From assembly GCA_003576805.1 (NCBI GenBank), contig QEVM01000013.1, positions 1,221 to 65,220 of the forward strand: DNA of 64,000 bases. Direction: 5' to 3'. Each line of letters begins with the position of its first letter. Position 1 is the first letter of the stretch. The notes beneath the pieces were generated by a model. It ran no database searches, was not told where the DNA came from, and worked only from the letters and a program-made list of their open reading frames with translations. Positions 17,351-25,683 of the stretch are shown here, one piece after another. Made by a program: the position numbers and the translations under genes. The stretch comes from Pseudomonadota bacterium (GTDB lineage Bacteria; Myxococcota_A; UBA9160; PR03).

Positions 17351-18065
17351 CGATGCTCTCGCTCGCTCTCTCCGGCTGGCTGGCCTTCTCGTCGCGTTCC
17401 TCGAGGATGTACCCGGCGCCCTTCACCGTGTGGATCAGCTTGGTGGTCTGGCCGTGGTCGATCTTCTTGCGCAGGCGGTTGATGTGGACGTCGATCAAGT
17501 TCGAGAAGCTCTCGAAGCCCCAGCCCCAGACGTTCTCCGTGATCATCGCACGCGAGACCACGTGGCCGCGATGGCGGAGCAGGTACTCGAGCAGCGCGAA
17601 CTGCTTGGGCGAGAGGTCGATGCGGCGCCCGCCGCGCTCCACGACGCGGCGGTTCAGGTCGAGCACGAGGTCGGCGATGCCGAGCCGGCCGTCCTCCGGC
17701 TCGCCGAGCCGGCGCCGCGCGACGGCCCGGATGCGGGCGAGCAGCTCCGCGAAGGCGAACGGCTTGGGCAGGTAGTCGTCCGCGCCGAGCTCGAGCCCGC
17801 GCACGCGGTCGCCGACGGCGCTGCGCGCCGACAGGAAGAGGACCGGTGTCATGACACCAGCCTGGCGCAGCGCCCGGAGGACCTCGAAGCCCTCCATGTC
17901 CGGCAGCATCACGTCGAGGATGATCAGGTCGTAGGCGCCGTGCGTCGCCCGCTCGGTGCCGGTCGATCCATCCGAGACGACCTCGACCAGGAAGCCATGC
18001 TCCCCGAGGCCCTTGAAGATGTACTGCTGGGCTGCGGGATCGTCCTCGATGTAGAGGAGCCTCAC
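17343..18065 (-). CDS. OmpR-family response regulator
   Basis: ORF trimmed to GTG 18065, which is 5 nt after GGAGG. (M)RLLYIEDD...ILDVMLPDMEG receiver domain and a winged-helix C-terminus (LSPKQFALLEYL...VHTVKGAGY). Confidence 0.92.
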   Translation of the reverse strand: MRLLYIEDDPAAQQYIFKGLGEHGFLVEVVSDGSTGTERATHGAYDLIILDVMLPDMEGFEVLRALRQAGVMTPVLFLSARSAVGDRVRGLELGADDYLPKPFAFAELLARIRAVARRRLGEPEDGRLGIADLVLDLNRRVVERGGRRIDLSPKQFALLEYLLRHRGHVVSRAMITENVWGWGFESFSNLIDVHINRLRKKIDHGQTTKLIHTVKGAGYILEERDEKASQPERASESIVA

Positions 18066-18179
18066 GCACACCTCCCCTCTCGTGTTGGAACCTAGCCCCA
18101 TCCCCTGACGTGAGCATGACTCACTCAGCCCCGCGGGGCCGTTCGCCGCTGGGTCGGGACGCTTCTACTCTGCGCGGCG

Positions 18180-19247
18180 ATGCGGCGACTTGCACGCGAG
18201 CAGCGCGCCCGGCTCGCGACGACCGTGGCGGCCGCGATCCTGCTGGCCGGCTGCGACCCGGGCCCGGTCGCGGCGGCCGACGTCCCGGGCGTGCGGCTCT
18301 CGATCCTGGCGCTGGGCGACACGGGCGAGGAGCCGGCGCTGGTCGGGCGCTCGCTCCAGCAGCAGATGCGGGTGGCGCGGGCGCTCGAAGCAGAGCACGT
18401 GCGGCGTCCGGCCGACGCGCTCGTGCTGCTCGGCGACAACTTCTATCCCGACGGCCTCCAGGAGCGCGAGCTCGAGGAGCGGGTGCGCGAGAACCTGGTG
18501 CGGCCGTACTGCGCGTTCCTCGCGCTCGACGGCCCCGAGTCCGCGCGCGTCGCCGACGCCTGCGAGCCGTCGCGGCGCGGCGACCGCCCGACGCCGCTCT
18601 TCGCCGTGCTCGGCAACCACGACACGAAGCTGCCCGAGAGCGTGCGGCTGCAGCGCGAGGTGGTGCCGCGCTTCGTTCCCAACTGGCGGCTGCCCGCGAA
18701 GGCCGTCGAGGTGGTGGAGCTGCTCGACGACTCGCTCGCGCCGAGCGCGAGCCTGGTCCTGTACGACGCCGCGGCGCTCGCGGACTCCGACGACGTCGAG
18801 TCGCTGCGGCGCGCGCTGGTCGGCGCGCGCGGCCCGTGGCGGATCCTCGCCGGTCACTACCCGATCAACCAGAACCATCCGGGCCCCTGGATCCGCAAGG
18901 CGCTCGACCAGATCGCCGTGCCCGTCCACCTGCACCTCGCGGGTCACGAGCACAACCTCCAGATCGCCGCGGCGCCGCCGTCCGATCCCTACCTGCAGGT
19001 GGTCGCGGGCAGCGGCTCGGACCTGCGCCGCGTCAAGCACCCGCTCGACGGCAGCCGCTTCGCCGCGATCGAGCCGGGCTTCGCGCGCGTGGACCTCGCG
19101 GGCGAGGGCGACGCCGCGCGCCTCGTCGTCTCGCTCGTCGCGGTCGCGCGCTCGCCGTTCGCGCTGCGCGAGCCGCCGCGCGTCGTCGCGCGCTGGTCGG
19201 TGGGCCTGCGCGGCGACGTGCGCGAGGAGCCCATCGCCGTACGGTGA
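18180..19247 (+). CDS. metallophosphoesterase lipoprotein
   Basis: Lipobox LLAGC. Calcineurin-like motifs GDTG, GDNFY, GNHD and GHEHN. Confidence 0.85.
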   Translation: MRRLAREQRARLATTVAAAILLAGCDPGPVAAADVPGVRLSILALGDTGEEPALVGRSLQQQMRVARALEAEHVRRPADALVLLGDNFYPDGLQERELEERVRENLVRPYCAFLALDGPESARVADACEPSRRGDRPTPLFAVLGNHDTKLPESVRLQREVVPRFVPNWRLPAKAVEVVELLDDSLAPSASLVLYDAAALADSDDVESLRRALVGARGPWRILAGHYPINQNHPGPWIRKALDQIAVPVHLHLAGHEHNLQIAAAPPSDPYLQVVAGSGSDLRRVKHPLDGSRFAAIEPGFARVDLAGEGDAARLVVSLVAVARSPFALREPPRVVARWSVGLRGDVREEPIAVR

Positions 19248-19276
19248 CGTACCGTGGCGACCCGCCGAGGACTCCG

Positions 19277-19729
19277 ATGAGCGACGCCGCCGACGCGATC
19301 CGCAACCTGCTCCACCGCTACGCCGAGTGCGTCGACGCCGCCGACTTCGCGGGCGTCGGCGCGCTGTTCGCCGATGGCGCGATCCGCGCGCCGGGCCTTC
19401 CCGAGCCGGTGCGCGGCGCCGCCGCCGTGCAGCGTCTCTACGAGGCGTCGAACCGCGTCCACCCGGACGGCACGCTGCGCACGCTCCACCTCGTCGCCAA
19501 TCCCATCGTCGAGCTCGACGCCGGCGGCGCCGCGGCTTCGTGCCGCTCGCGCTACGTCGTTCTCCAGGCGACGCCCTCGCTGCCGCTCCAGCCGATCATC
19601 GCCGGGCGCTACTTCGACCGCTTCGCGTGCGCGGCCGGCGTGTGGCGCTTCGCCGAGCGCGGGATCGCGATCGACCTGGTCGGCGACCTCTCGCACCACC
19701 TCCTGTTCGATCTCCGCCGCAGCGTCTGA
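19277..19729 (+). CDS. SnoaL-like / NTF2-superfamily protein
   Basis: 150-aa tail of ORF 18110-19729, from ATG 19277. NLLHRYAECVDAADFAGVGALFADGA... and GRYFDRFACAAGVWRFAER are typical of the SnoaL_4 fold. Confidence 0.7.
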   Translation: MSDAADAIRNLLHRYAECVDAADFAGVGALFADGAIRAPGLPEPVRGAAAVQRLYEASNRVHPDGTLRTLHLVANPIVELDAGGAAASCRSRYVVLQATPSLPLQPIIAGRYFDRFACAAGVWRFAERGIAIDLVGDLSHHLLFDLRRSV

Positions 19730-19891
19730 GCCCCGCTCGGGTCGATCGCGGCGTCCTGCGGGGGTTTTGCTCCGACCGAACGGTCGGGTAAGCTGGCGCC
19801 CGCCGCGGACACGGACCCGCGGCGCCCGGTACTCACCTCCGAGAGAACGCCACCGCATCCGTTCGTTCCCGAGCGGTGGAGGAGCCCCCGA

Positions 19892-22800
19892 ATGCAGCGA
19901 CCCCTGCTGATCCAGACCCGCCGCGCCGCCCGCCTCGGCCTGGCGCCGCTCGCGCTCTTCCTGCTGATCGGGGCCGGCTGCCCGACGAGCGAGCTGCCCC
20001 GGTCGGGCGCCCAGCTCTATCTCAGTCCGCAGACGCGCCCGATGGCGCTCTCGAACGACGGCGCCCGGCTCTACGTGGCGAACACCACGTCGGGGACGCT
20101 CTCGGTGCTCGACGTGTCGAACCCGCTCCAGCCGAGCGAGCTCGCCGAGATCAAGGTGGGCCACGATCCGACGAGCGTCGCGGTGCGCCCCGGCCTCGTG
20201 AACGGCGACGAGCTCGTCTTCGTCGTGAACCACATCTCGGACTCGATCAGTGTCGTGAGCCGCAACCGGCTCGCGGTCGTCCAGACGCTCCAGGAGCTCG
20301 ATCCGAACGGCGTGACGCTCACCGACGAGCCGGTCGCGATCGTCTTCGCGACGCCGGAGCGCGCCTTCGTGACGCTCGACCAACCCAATCAGGTGTTGGT
20401 GCTCGACGTCGACGCGAACGGACGCGCCAGCATCCAGCCGAACCGGCTCGCGATCGCCGCGCAGGCGCCGCGCGCGCTCGCCGTCGCGGGCGGCAAGCTC
20501 TACGTCGCGCCGTTCGAGTCGGGCAACCAGACCGAGTTCCCGAGCTGCTGGCCGGGCGATCCGCGCAACGGCCAGGGCGTCAGCGAGAACCACGCGGCGC
20601 GCACCGACGAAGGCTGCGAGTTCAACCTGCAGTTCTTCGAGGGCGTCGCGTTCCAGAACGGTCAGCCCGTGCTCGACCTCGGCGCGATCTTCGACTTCGC
20701 GGCGGTGAACCCGAACATCGGCGGCCAGGTGATCCGCGACACCGATCTGCCCGACCGCGACCTCTTCGTGTTCGACGCCCAGACGCTCGCGCTCGAGCAG
20801 ACGCTCGACACGCTCGGCACCATGCTCGCCGGCCTCGCCGCGCACGCGGGACCGAACGGGACGCGCGTGTGGGTCGCGCACACCGAGGCGAACAACCAGG
20901 TCGACGGCCTGCGCGATCTCGACAACCGCCTGTTCGAGAACCGCCTCGCGGTGCTCGACTGCCAGGGCGGGAGCTGCGCGCCCGTGCAGACGGTGGACCT
21001 CGACGCCTCGTCGGCGGCGCGCGGCTCGAGCCAGACGGTGCCCAATCCGTGGGGCATCGACGTTTCCGGCGACGGCGACACGGTCGTCGTGACGGCGGCC
21101 GCGGCCGACGGCGATCCCGGCGACGGGCGCCCGCCGATGCACGGCTTCTTCACGCTCGACCGCGACGGCAACGTGCTCGGTTCGGCCACCGTCGGCGCGC
21201 TGCCCGAAGGCGTGCTGCTGCGCTCGAACGGCGCCGGCCAGGCGCAGGTCGCGTACGTGCTCAACACGGCGGACAGCACGGTGTCGGTCGTCGACGTCTC
21301 GAACGCGGCGAGCCCGCAGGTCGTCGTCGCAGCGCTGGAGGTCGGCGCCGACCCGACGCCGCCGCAGATCCGGCTCGGCCGCATCGGCTTCCACTCCGCG
21401 CGCGGCGCGACCAACAAGACCTTCGCGTGCGGGAGCTGCCACCCGAACGGCAACATCGACCAGCTCCAGTGGACGATCAACGCGACGCTCGCGCCGGGCG
21501 AGGGCCCCGCGCCCGACGGCCAGCACGCGGAGCCGCGCACGACGCAGCCGATCCGCGGCCTGCGCGACACGCTGCCGCTGCACTGGGAAGGCGTGCTCGC
21601 CGACCCGTTCCCGGGCGTGAACCCCGAGGCGGCCGACTTCGACAGCGCGCCGGACTGCGACATCGAGACCGTCGGCGAAGTGGGCTGCGTGCGCCATCTC
21701 GTCGACGCCGCGCTCTCGGGCCCGATGTGCCAGCACAACACGCCGAGCGGCTGCGAGGTCGGCGAAGGCCAGGACGGTCCCGCCGGCTCGGGCCTGCCGG
21801 GCAAGCTCACCGACGAGGAGCGCGACGCGATGGCGGCGTTCCAGCTCGCCGTCGCCTTCCCGCCCGCGCCGGGCCGCCGTCCGACGGACCAGCTCTCGCC
21901 CGACGCGGTCCAGGGCGTGTCGGACTTCTTCACCAACGAAGACCAGCAGGGCATCAACACCGGCGTGGGTCAGGTGCTCGACTTCGCGCCGACCACCTGC
22001 GCCGACAATCCGATGGGCTGCCACTCGCTGCCGCTGACGGCGAGCACCAACTCGAACATCGTCGGCGGCTTCGACGCGCCCACCGCGCGCGGCATGTGGG
22101 ACCGCTTCACGCTGTTCAGCAACGGCATCGTGTCGTCGGAGGAGTCGCTGCGCGGCTCGCAGGACTGTGCGGACGGCTTCGAGCCGGCCCCGCGCGTCTT
22201 CGAGATCAACCTCGGCTCGGGCCCGATCCCGGTCACGATCAGCGGCGATCCGTGCAACCTGCGCTCGCCCGAGATCGAGCTGTTCCTGTTCCCGCTCGCC
22301 GAGCTGCCGTTCCCGAGCGGCGAGACGATCTGGGATCCCGCGGTCGGCATGACCGAGCGCGGCTCGTTCGTCGCCACCTTCGAGGGCATCTTCGCGATGG
22401 TCTACGGCGTGCGCGGCGACAAGATCTGGCAGTACCAGATGGAGATCGGCACCGGCCTGCCGGGCCTCACCGGACGCCAGCTCTCGATCGAGCCGGGCGA
22501 CGAGTCGAACGCCGACGTCGGCGCCGCGCTCGAGCTGATCGAGCGCTACGCCGGCGAGGGCCGCGTCGCGGCCGTCGCGACGGGCCCGTCGATCCGCGAG
22601 CTGCGCTACGACCCGAGCACGCGGACCTGGAGCAATCGGACCTGGTGGTCGCAGACGTCGGCGGAGCTGCGCGCGCTCGCGACGAGCCTGGGCGAGGTGA
22701 TCACCGTCACCGCCGATCTGCCCGCGAACGTCTCGATCGGCGGACCCGATCGGCAGCCGCTGCTCGACGTCGATCCCGACGCGCGCGCGGCCGAGACGAC

Positions 22801-23326
22801 CGGCGACGCGCCGACGCTGCCGGTGCCGCTCGAGAACGCGCCGGCGACGTTCCGGCTCGGCGCGCAGTACGTCGACGCGAACGCGCGCGTGCTGGTGAAC
22901 GGCGAGCTGTGCGAGACGTGCTCGATCACGCCGGCGGTGGCGCCCGTCACGGGCGCGAGCGCGATCGACATGACGGTCGATCCGGGACTGCCGCACGGCG
23001 TGCACGTCGTGCAGGTCCAGAACCGCCACGGCTGGGCGAGCAACGAGATGCCGATCTGCGTGACGAACCTCGCGCTCGAGCGGCCGCTGCCGCCCGTCGG
23101 CGAGGAGGCGTGCCGCCCGCTCGACATGAGCGAGCGCGACGTCGTCGCGACCTGTCCGGCCGGCACGGTCATGTCGTCGTGCGACTGCGACCCGGGCGTC
23201 GACGGCTTGGCGCGGACCTGCCGCATGGCTCCCACCGGCCGGCGCTGCGACATGAAGGTCTACTGCTTCGACGGCTCGACCTGCGCGGACGCCACGGTGA
23301 CCGCGCCCTGCGTGCCGTCGAGCTAG
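19892..23326 (+). CDS. large secreted or lipoprotein: YVTN-type beta-propeller repeats, one CXXCH motif, Cys-rich C-terminus
   Basis: 1144 aa, GGAGGAG RBS, signal peptide ending GAGC. Repeats such as ARLYVANTTSGTLSVLDVSNP and FVVNHISDSISVV. CGSCH at 21428-21442. Last 90 aa contain 10 Cys. Confidence 0.75.
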   Translation: MQRPLLIQTRRAARLGLAPLALFLLIGAGCPTSELPRSGAQLYLSPQTRPMALSNDGARLYVANTTSGTLSVLDVSNPLQPSELAEIKVGHDPTSVAVRPGLVNGDELVFVVNHISDSISVVSRNRLAVVQTLQELDPNGVTLTDEPVAIVFATPERAFVTLDQPNQVLVLDVDANGRASIQPNRLAIAAQAPRALAVAGGKLYVAPFESGNQTEFPSCWPGDPRNGQGVSENHAARTDEGCEFNLQFFEGVAFQNGQPVLDLGAIFDFAAVNPNIGGQVIRDTDLPDRDLFVFDAQTLALEQTLDTLGTMLAGLAAHAGPNGTRVWVAHTEANNQVDGLRDLDNRLFENRLAVLDCQGGSCAPVQTVDLDASSAARGSSQTVPNPWGIDVSGDGDTVVVTAAAADGDPGDGRPPMHGFFTLDRDGNVLGSATVGALPEGVLLRSNGAGQAQVAYVLNTADSTVSVVDVSNAASPQVVVAALEVGADPTPPQIRLGRIGFHSARGATNKTFACGSCHPNGNIDQLQWTINATLAPGEGPAPDGQHAEPRTTQPIRGLRDTLPLHWEGVLADPFPGVNPEAADFDSAPDCDIETVGEVGCVRHLVDAALSGPMCQHNTPSGCEVGEGQDGPAGSGLPGKLTDEERDAMAAFQLAVAFPPAPGRRPTDQLSPDAVQGVSDFFTNEDQQGINTGVGQVLDFAPTTCADNPMGCHSLPLTASTNSNIVGGFDAPTARGMWDRFTLFSNGIVSSEESLRGSQDCADGFEPAPRVFEINLGSGPIPVTISGDPCNLRSPEIELFLFPLAELPFPSGETIWDPAVGMTERGSFVATFEGIFAMVYGVRGDKIWQYQMEIGTGLPGLTGRQLSIEPGDESNADVGAALELIERYAGEGRVAAVATGPSIRELRYDPSTRTWSNRTWWSQTSAELRALATSLGEVITVTADLPANVSIGGPDRQPLLDVDPDARAAETTGDAPTLPVPLENAPATFRLGAQYVDANARVLVNGELCETCSITPAVAPVTGASAIDMTVDPGLPHGVHVVQVQNRHGWASNEMPICVTNLALERPLPPVGEEACRPLDMSERDVVATCPAGTVMSSCDCDPGVDGLARTCRMAPTGRRCDMKVYCFDGSTCADATVTAPCVPSS

Positions 23327-23351
23327 CTCCACCGACGGCGCGGAGAACGCG

Positions 23352-23376
23352 GAGGCGGGCGCTCGCGGCCCGCCTC
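23352..23376 (+). terminator. stem-loop downstream of the large lipoprotein gene
   Basis: GAGGCGGGC-gctcgcg-GCCCGCCTC (9-bp perfect stem) 26 nt after the stop, followed by TTCGTCG. The U-tract is weak. Confidence 0.45.
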
Positions 23377-23562
23377 TTCGTCGTCGTGCGTTCTGCGGCC
23401 CGCCCGCGGGGTCCGGGTCGTGGCGGCGACGCCTCGCATGAAGCCGGGCTTACGCCCTGGTGTCACTCGCCAGCGAGGGGGCTAAGCTCGGGTCGTTCCA
23501 AGTCAGTTCGTGGTCGCAGGGACCTTTTCCGCAACCGCTCACCGGGGGGACGGGAGGCCGTC

Positions 23563-23805
23563 ATGAATCGCATTCGGGCCGCACGTCAGGCCCTGGGTTG
23601 GACCCAGAACGAGCTCGCCGAGAAGTCGGGCGTCTCGCCGCGCACCATCCACGCCATCGAAAAGGGCAGCACCTGCCGCCAGGCCACCAAGCGCCGCATC
23701 CTCGCCGCGCTCGGCGTGCCGTGGGAGATGCGCTCGGAGTACTTCCCGATGGCGCGCGCCGTGCGCCGCGTGCCGGCGCAGGAAGAGGCGCAGCAGTCCG
23801 CCTAG
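23563..23805 (+). CDS. XRE-family helix-turn-helix transcriptional regulator
   Basis: 80 aa from ATG 23563 (GGGAGG upstream). RQALGWTQNELAEKSGVSPRTIHAIEKG is a canonical HTH_3 motif. Confidence 0.85.
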   Translation: MNRIRAARQALGWTQNELAEKSGVSPRTIHAIEKGSTCRQATKRRILAALGVPWEMRSEYFPMARAVRRVPAQEEAQQSA

Positions 23806-23838
23806 CTGCCTCGCGGGCCAGCGCCTGCGGATCGTTGC

Positions 23839-23867
23839 GCGAGAGACCGACCCCGTCGGTCTCTCGC
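23839..23867. terminator. bidirectional stem-loop between convergent genes
   Basis: GCGAGAGACCGAC-ccc-GTCGGTCTCTCGC, a 13-bp perfect stem, between the XRE gene (+) and the C69 peptidase gene (-). No U-tract. Confidence 0.5.
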
Positions 23868-23896
23868 CGCTCGTCTGCCCCGCCGCTGCCCTCGCC

Positions 23897-25171
23897 TCAC
23901 AACTGGCTCGCGAGATCGCGCGCCTGCGCGACGCCTTCGCTCCAGATCCGCGCCATGAAATCGGTGAGCAGCTTCGTCACGACGGCGTGCGAGCCGCTCG
24001 TGCGCGCGCGCGCCGCCTCCGACTCGACGTCGAGCCGCTGCGACTCGACGCGCGCCTCGAAGCTCTTCCAGCGCTCGCGCAGCCACGGCGTGTGGCGCGG
24101 GAAGTCCACGGCCGCCGCGTCCTGCAACACCTTGAATGCCCACCACGCCGACGCCGCGTCGGGCTCGGGACCGCCGCGCGCCAGCTCGGGCGGAATGCGG
24201 CCGTCGAGGTAGACGGGCAGGAAGACGCCCGTGCACGGCGTCGCGAACGAGATCCACACCGGCCACGGCGCGCGGCGCTCGGCGGGCAGCGCGGCGACCA
24301 GGCTCGCAGTCGTCGTGCCGATCGGCTCGCTGTGCATGCAGAGCGTGCAGTACCCGTCGTCCTCGATCGGCGTCGGCAGGCGCACCGCGCCGCCGGCCTC
24401 GTGATCGCGCAGGATCGACTGGAGCGTCGCGACGTCGAGATCGCTCTGCGCGGCGGCGAGCAGCTGGCGCGAGCGGCGCAGGCGTCCCTCCGAGATCCGC
24501 CCGGGCACGCCGGGATTGCGGTACGCGGCCGCGACGTCGAGCCGGCCGCCGCTCGTCCAGTAGCCCTGCGCGCGCGCGAACGACTCGAGATCGCGCGAGC
24601 CGATCTCCCAGTCTGCGCCGAGCGAGATGTGATTGGAAATCGCGTCGCGCCGCACGCGCCGCGCGGCCCAGCGCCGGTTCGAGGTCTGGAGGATCCACAC
24701 CTCGTCGGGATCCGCGATCAGGAAGCCGTTGTGATAGCCGGGCTTGTCCGGGCCGAACGCGGCGCCGCCCTGGCCGTGCGTCTCGATCAGCGTCGCCATG
24801 ACCTCGAGCGCTTCGCGCGCGGTGCGGCCGCGCTCGAGGCCGAGGCGCACGAGGTCCATGCCGACGAGGCCGGGCTGCTCTTCGAGCGGCTCGCGCGAGA
24901 AGACGGTCTCGTTGCCGATCGCGACCGCGTGCTCGTTGACGCCGTGCTCGAAGCCCCAGACCCACCACGGCGAGTGGCCCATCACCGCGTACGTCTCGGC
25001 GACCTGCGGGATCTCGACGTGCGTGCAACGCACGCCCGAGCCCGGCGCGTGGAACGCGCCCGGCATCTGGAGGAAGGGCTGGCACTCGTGCTCGGAGCGG
25101 TCGCTGTTCTTCCCGAACAGCGTCGCGCCCGCGCGCGTCTCGGACGCAGCCGCTCCGATGCAGTCGCACAT
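23897..25171 (-). CDS. peptidase C69 / secernin-like Ntn-hydrolase
   Basis: The N-terminus MCD...GATLFGKNSDRSEHECQ carries the nucleophile Cys directly after Met. GYHNGFLIADPDEVWILQTS block. Confidence 0.75.
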   Translation of the reverse strand: MCDCIGAAASETRAGATLFGKNSDRSEHECQPFLQMPGAFHAPGSGVRCTHVEIPQVAETYAVMGHSPWWVWGFEHGVNEHAVAIGNETVFSREPLEEQPGLVGMDLVRLGLERGRTAREALEVMATLIETHGQGGAAFGPDKPGYHNGFLIADPDEVWILQTSNRRWAARRVRRDAISNHISLGADWEIGSRDLESFARAQGYWTSGGRLDVAAAYRNPGVPGRISEGRLRRSRQLLAAAQSDLDVATLQSILRDHEAGGAVRLPTPIEDDGYCTLCMHSEPIGTTTASLVAALPAERRAPWPVWISFATPCTGVFLPVYLDGRIPPELARGGPEPDAASAWWAFKVLQDAAAVDFPRHTPWLRERWKSFEARVESQRLDVESEAARARTSGSHAVVTKLLTDFMARIWSEGVAQARDLASQL

Positions 25172-25260
25172 GCGGCGAAGCTAACCCACGCGCCTCGCGC
25201 GGGCAGCAGCCGTGCGCGCCGTCGCTCGACGGACGCGAGCGCGCGCGATACACCGGCCCC

Positions 25261-25662
25261 ATGGCCGGCGCCGCACGCGACTGCATCTTCTGCGCAGCCG
25301 AGGGCCGCATCTGGCTCGCCAACGAGCTCGCCTTCGCGACGCGCGACGCGCGCCCGGTCTCGCGCGGGCACACGCTCGTCGTGCCGCGGCGGCACTGCGA
25401 GGACTTCTTCGCGCTGCGCGCCGACGAGGTGGCGGCGTGCTGGGAGCTGATCGTGCGGGTGCGCGCGCAGCTCGCGGCGGAGCCGGCGCCGCCCGACGGC
25501 TTCAACGTCGGCGTGAACGCAGGCGAGGCGGCGGGGCAGAGCGTGCCGCACGTCCACGTGCACGTGATCCCGCGCTATCGCGGCGACGTGGCGAGTCCGC
25601 GCGGCGGCGTGCGCAACGTCGTGCCGCACGCGCACACCGAGCGCGCGGCGCCGGACGGCTGA
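25261..25662 (+). CDS. HIT-family nucleotide hydrolase/transferase
   Basis: 133 aa. CIFC zinc motif and the histidine triad QSVPHVHVHVIPR. Confidence 0.9.
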   Translation: MAGAARDCIFCAAEGRIWLANELAFATRDARPVSRGHTLVVPRRHCEDFFALRADEVAACWELIVRVRAQLAAEPAPPDGFNVGVNAGEAAGQSVPHVHVHVIPRYRGDVASPRGGVRNVVPHAHTERAAPDG

Positions 25663-25683
25663 GCCGACCCGGCGCCGCGGCGC

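Noticed and set aside
18989-23332. 1447-aa ORF on the minus strand covering the whole large-lipoprotein gene
   Set aside because: The composition is Arg/Ala/Asp/His-rich low complexity, typical of the antisense frame of a high-GC gene. It has no recognisable motifs and no RBS. The plus-strand frame has clear repeats, a signal peptide and an SD.
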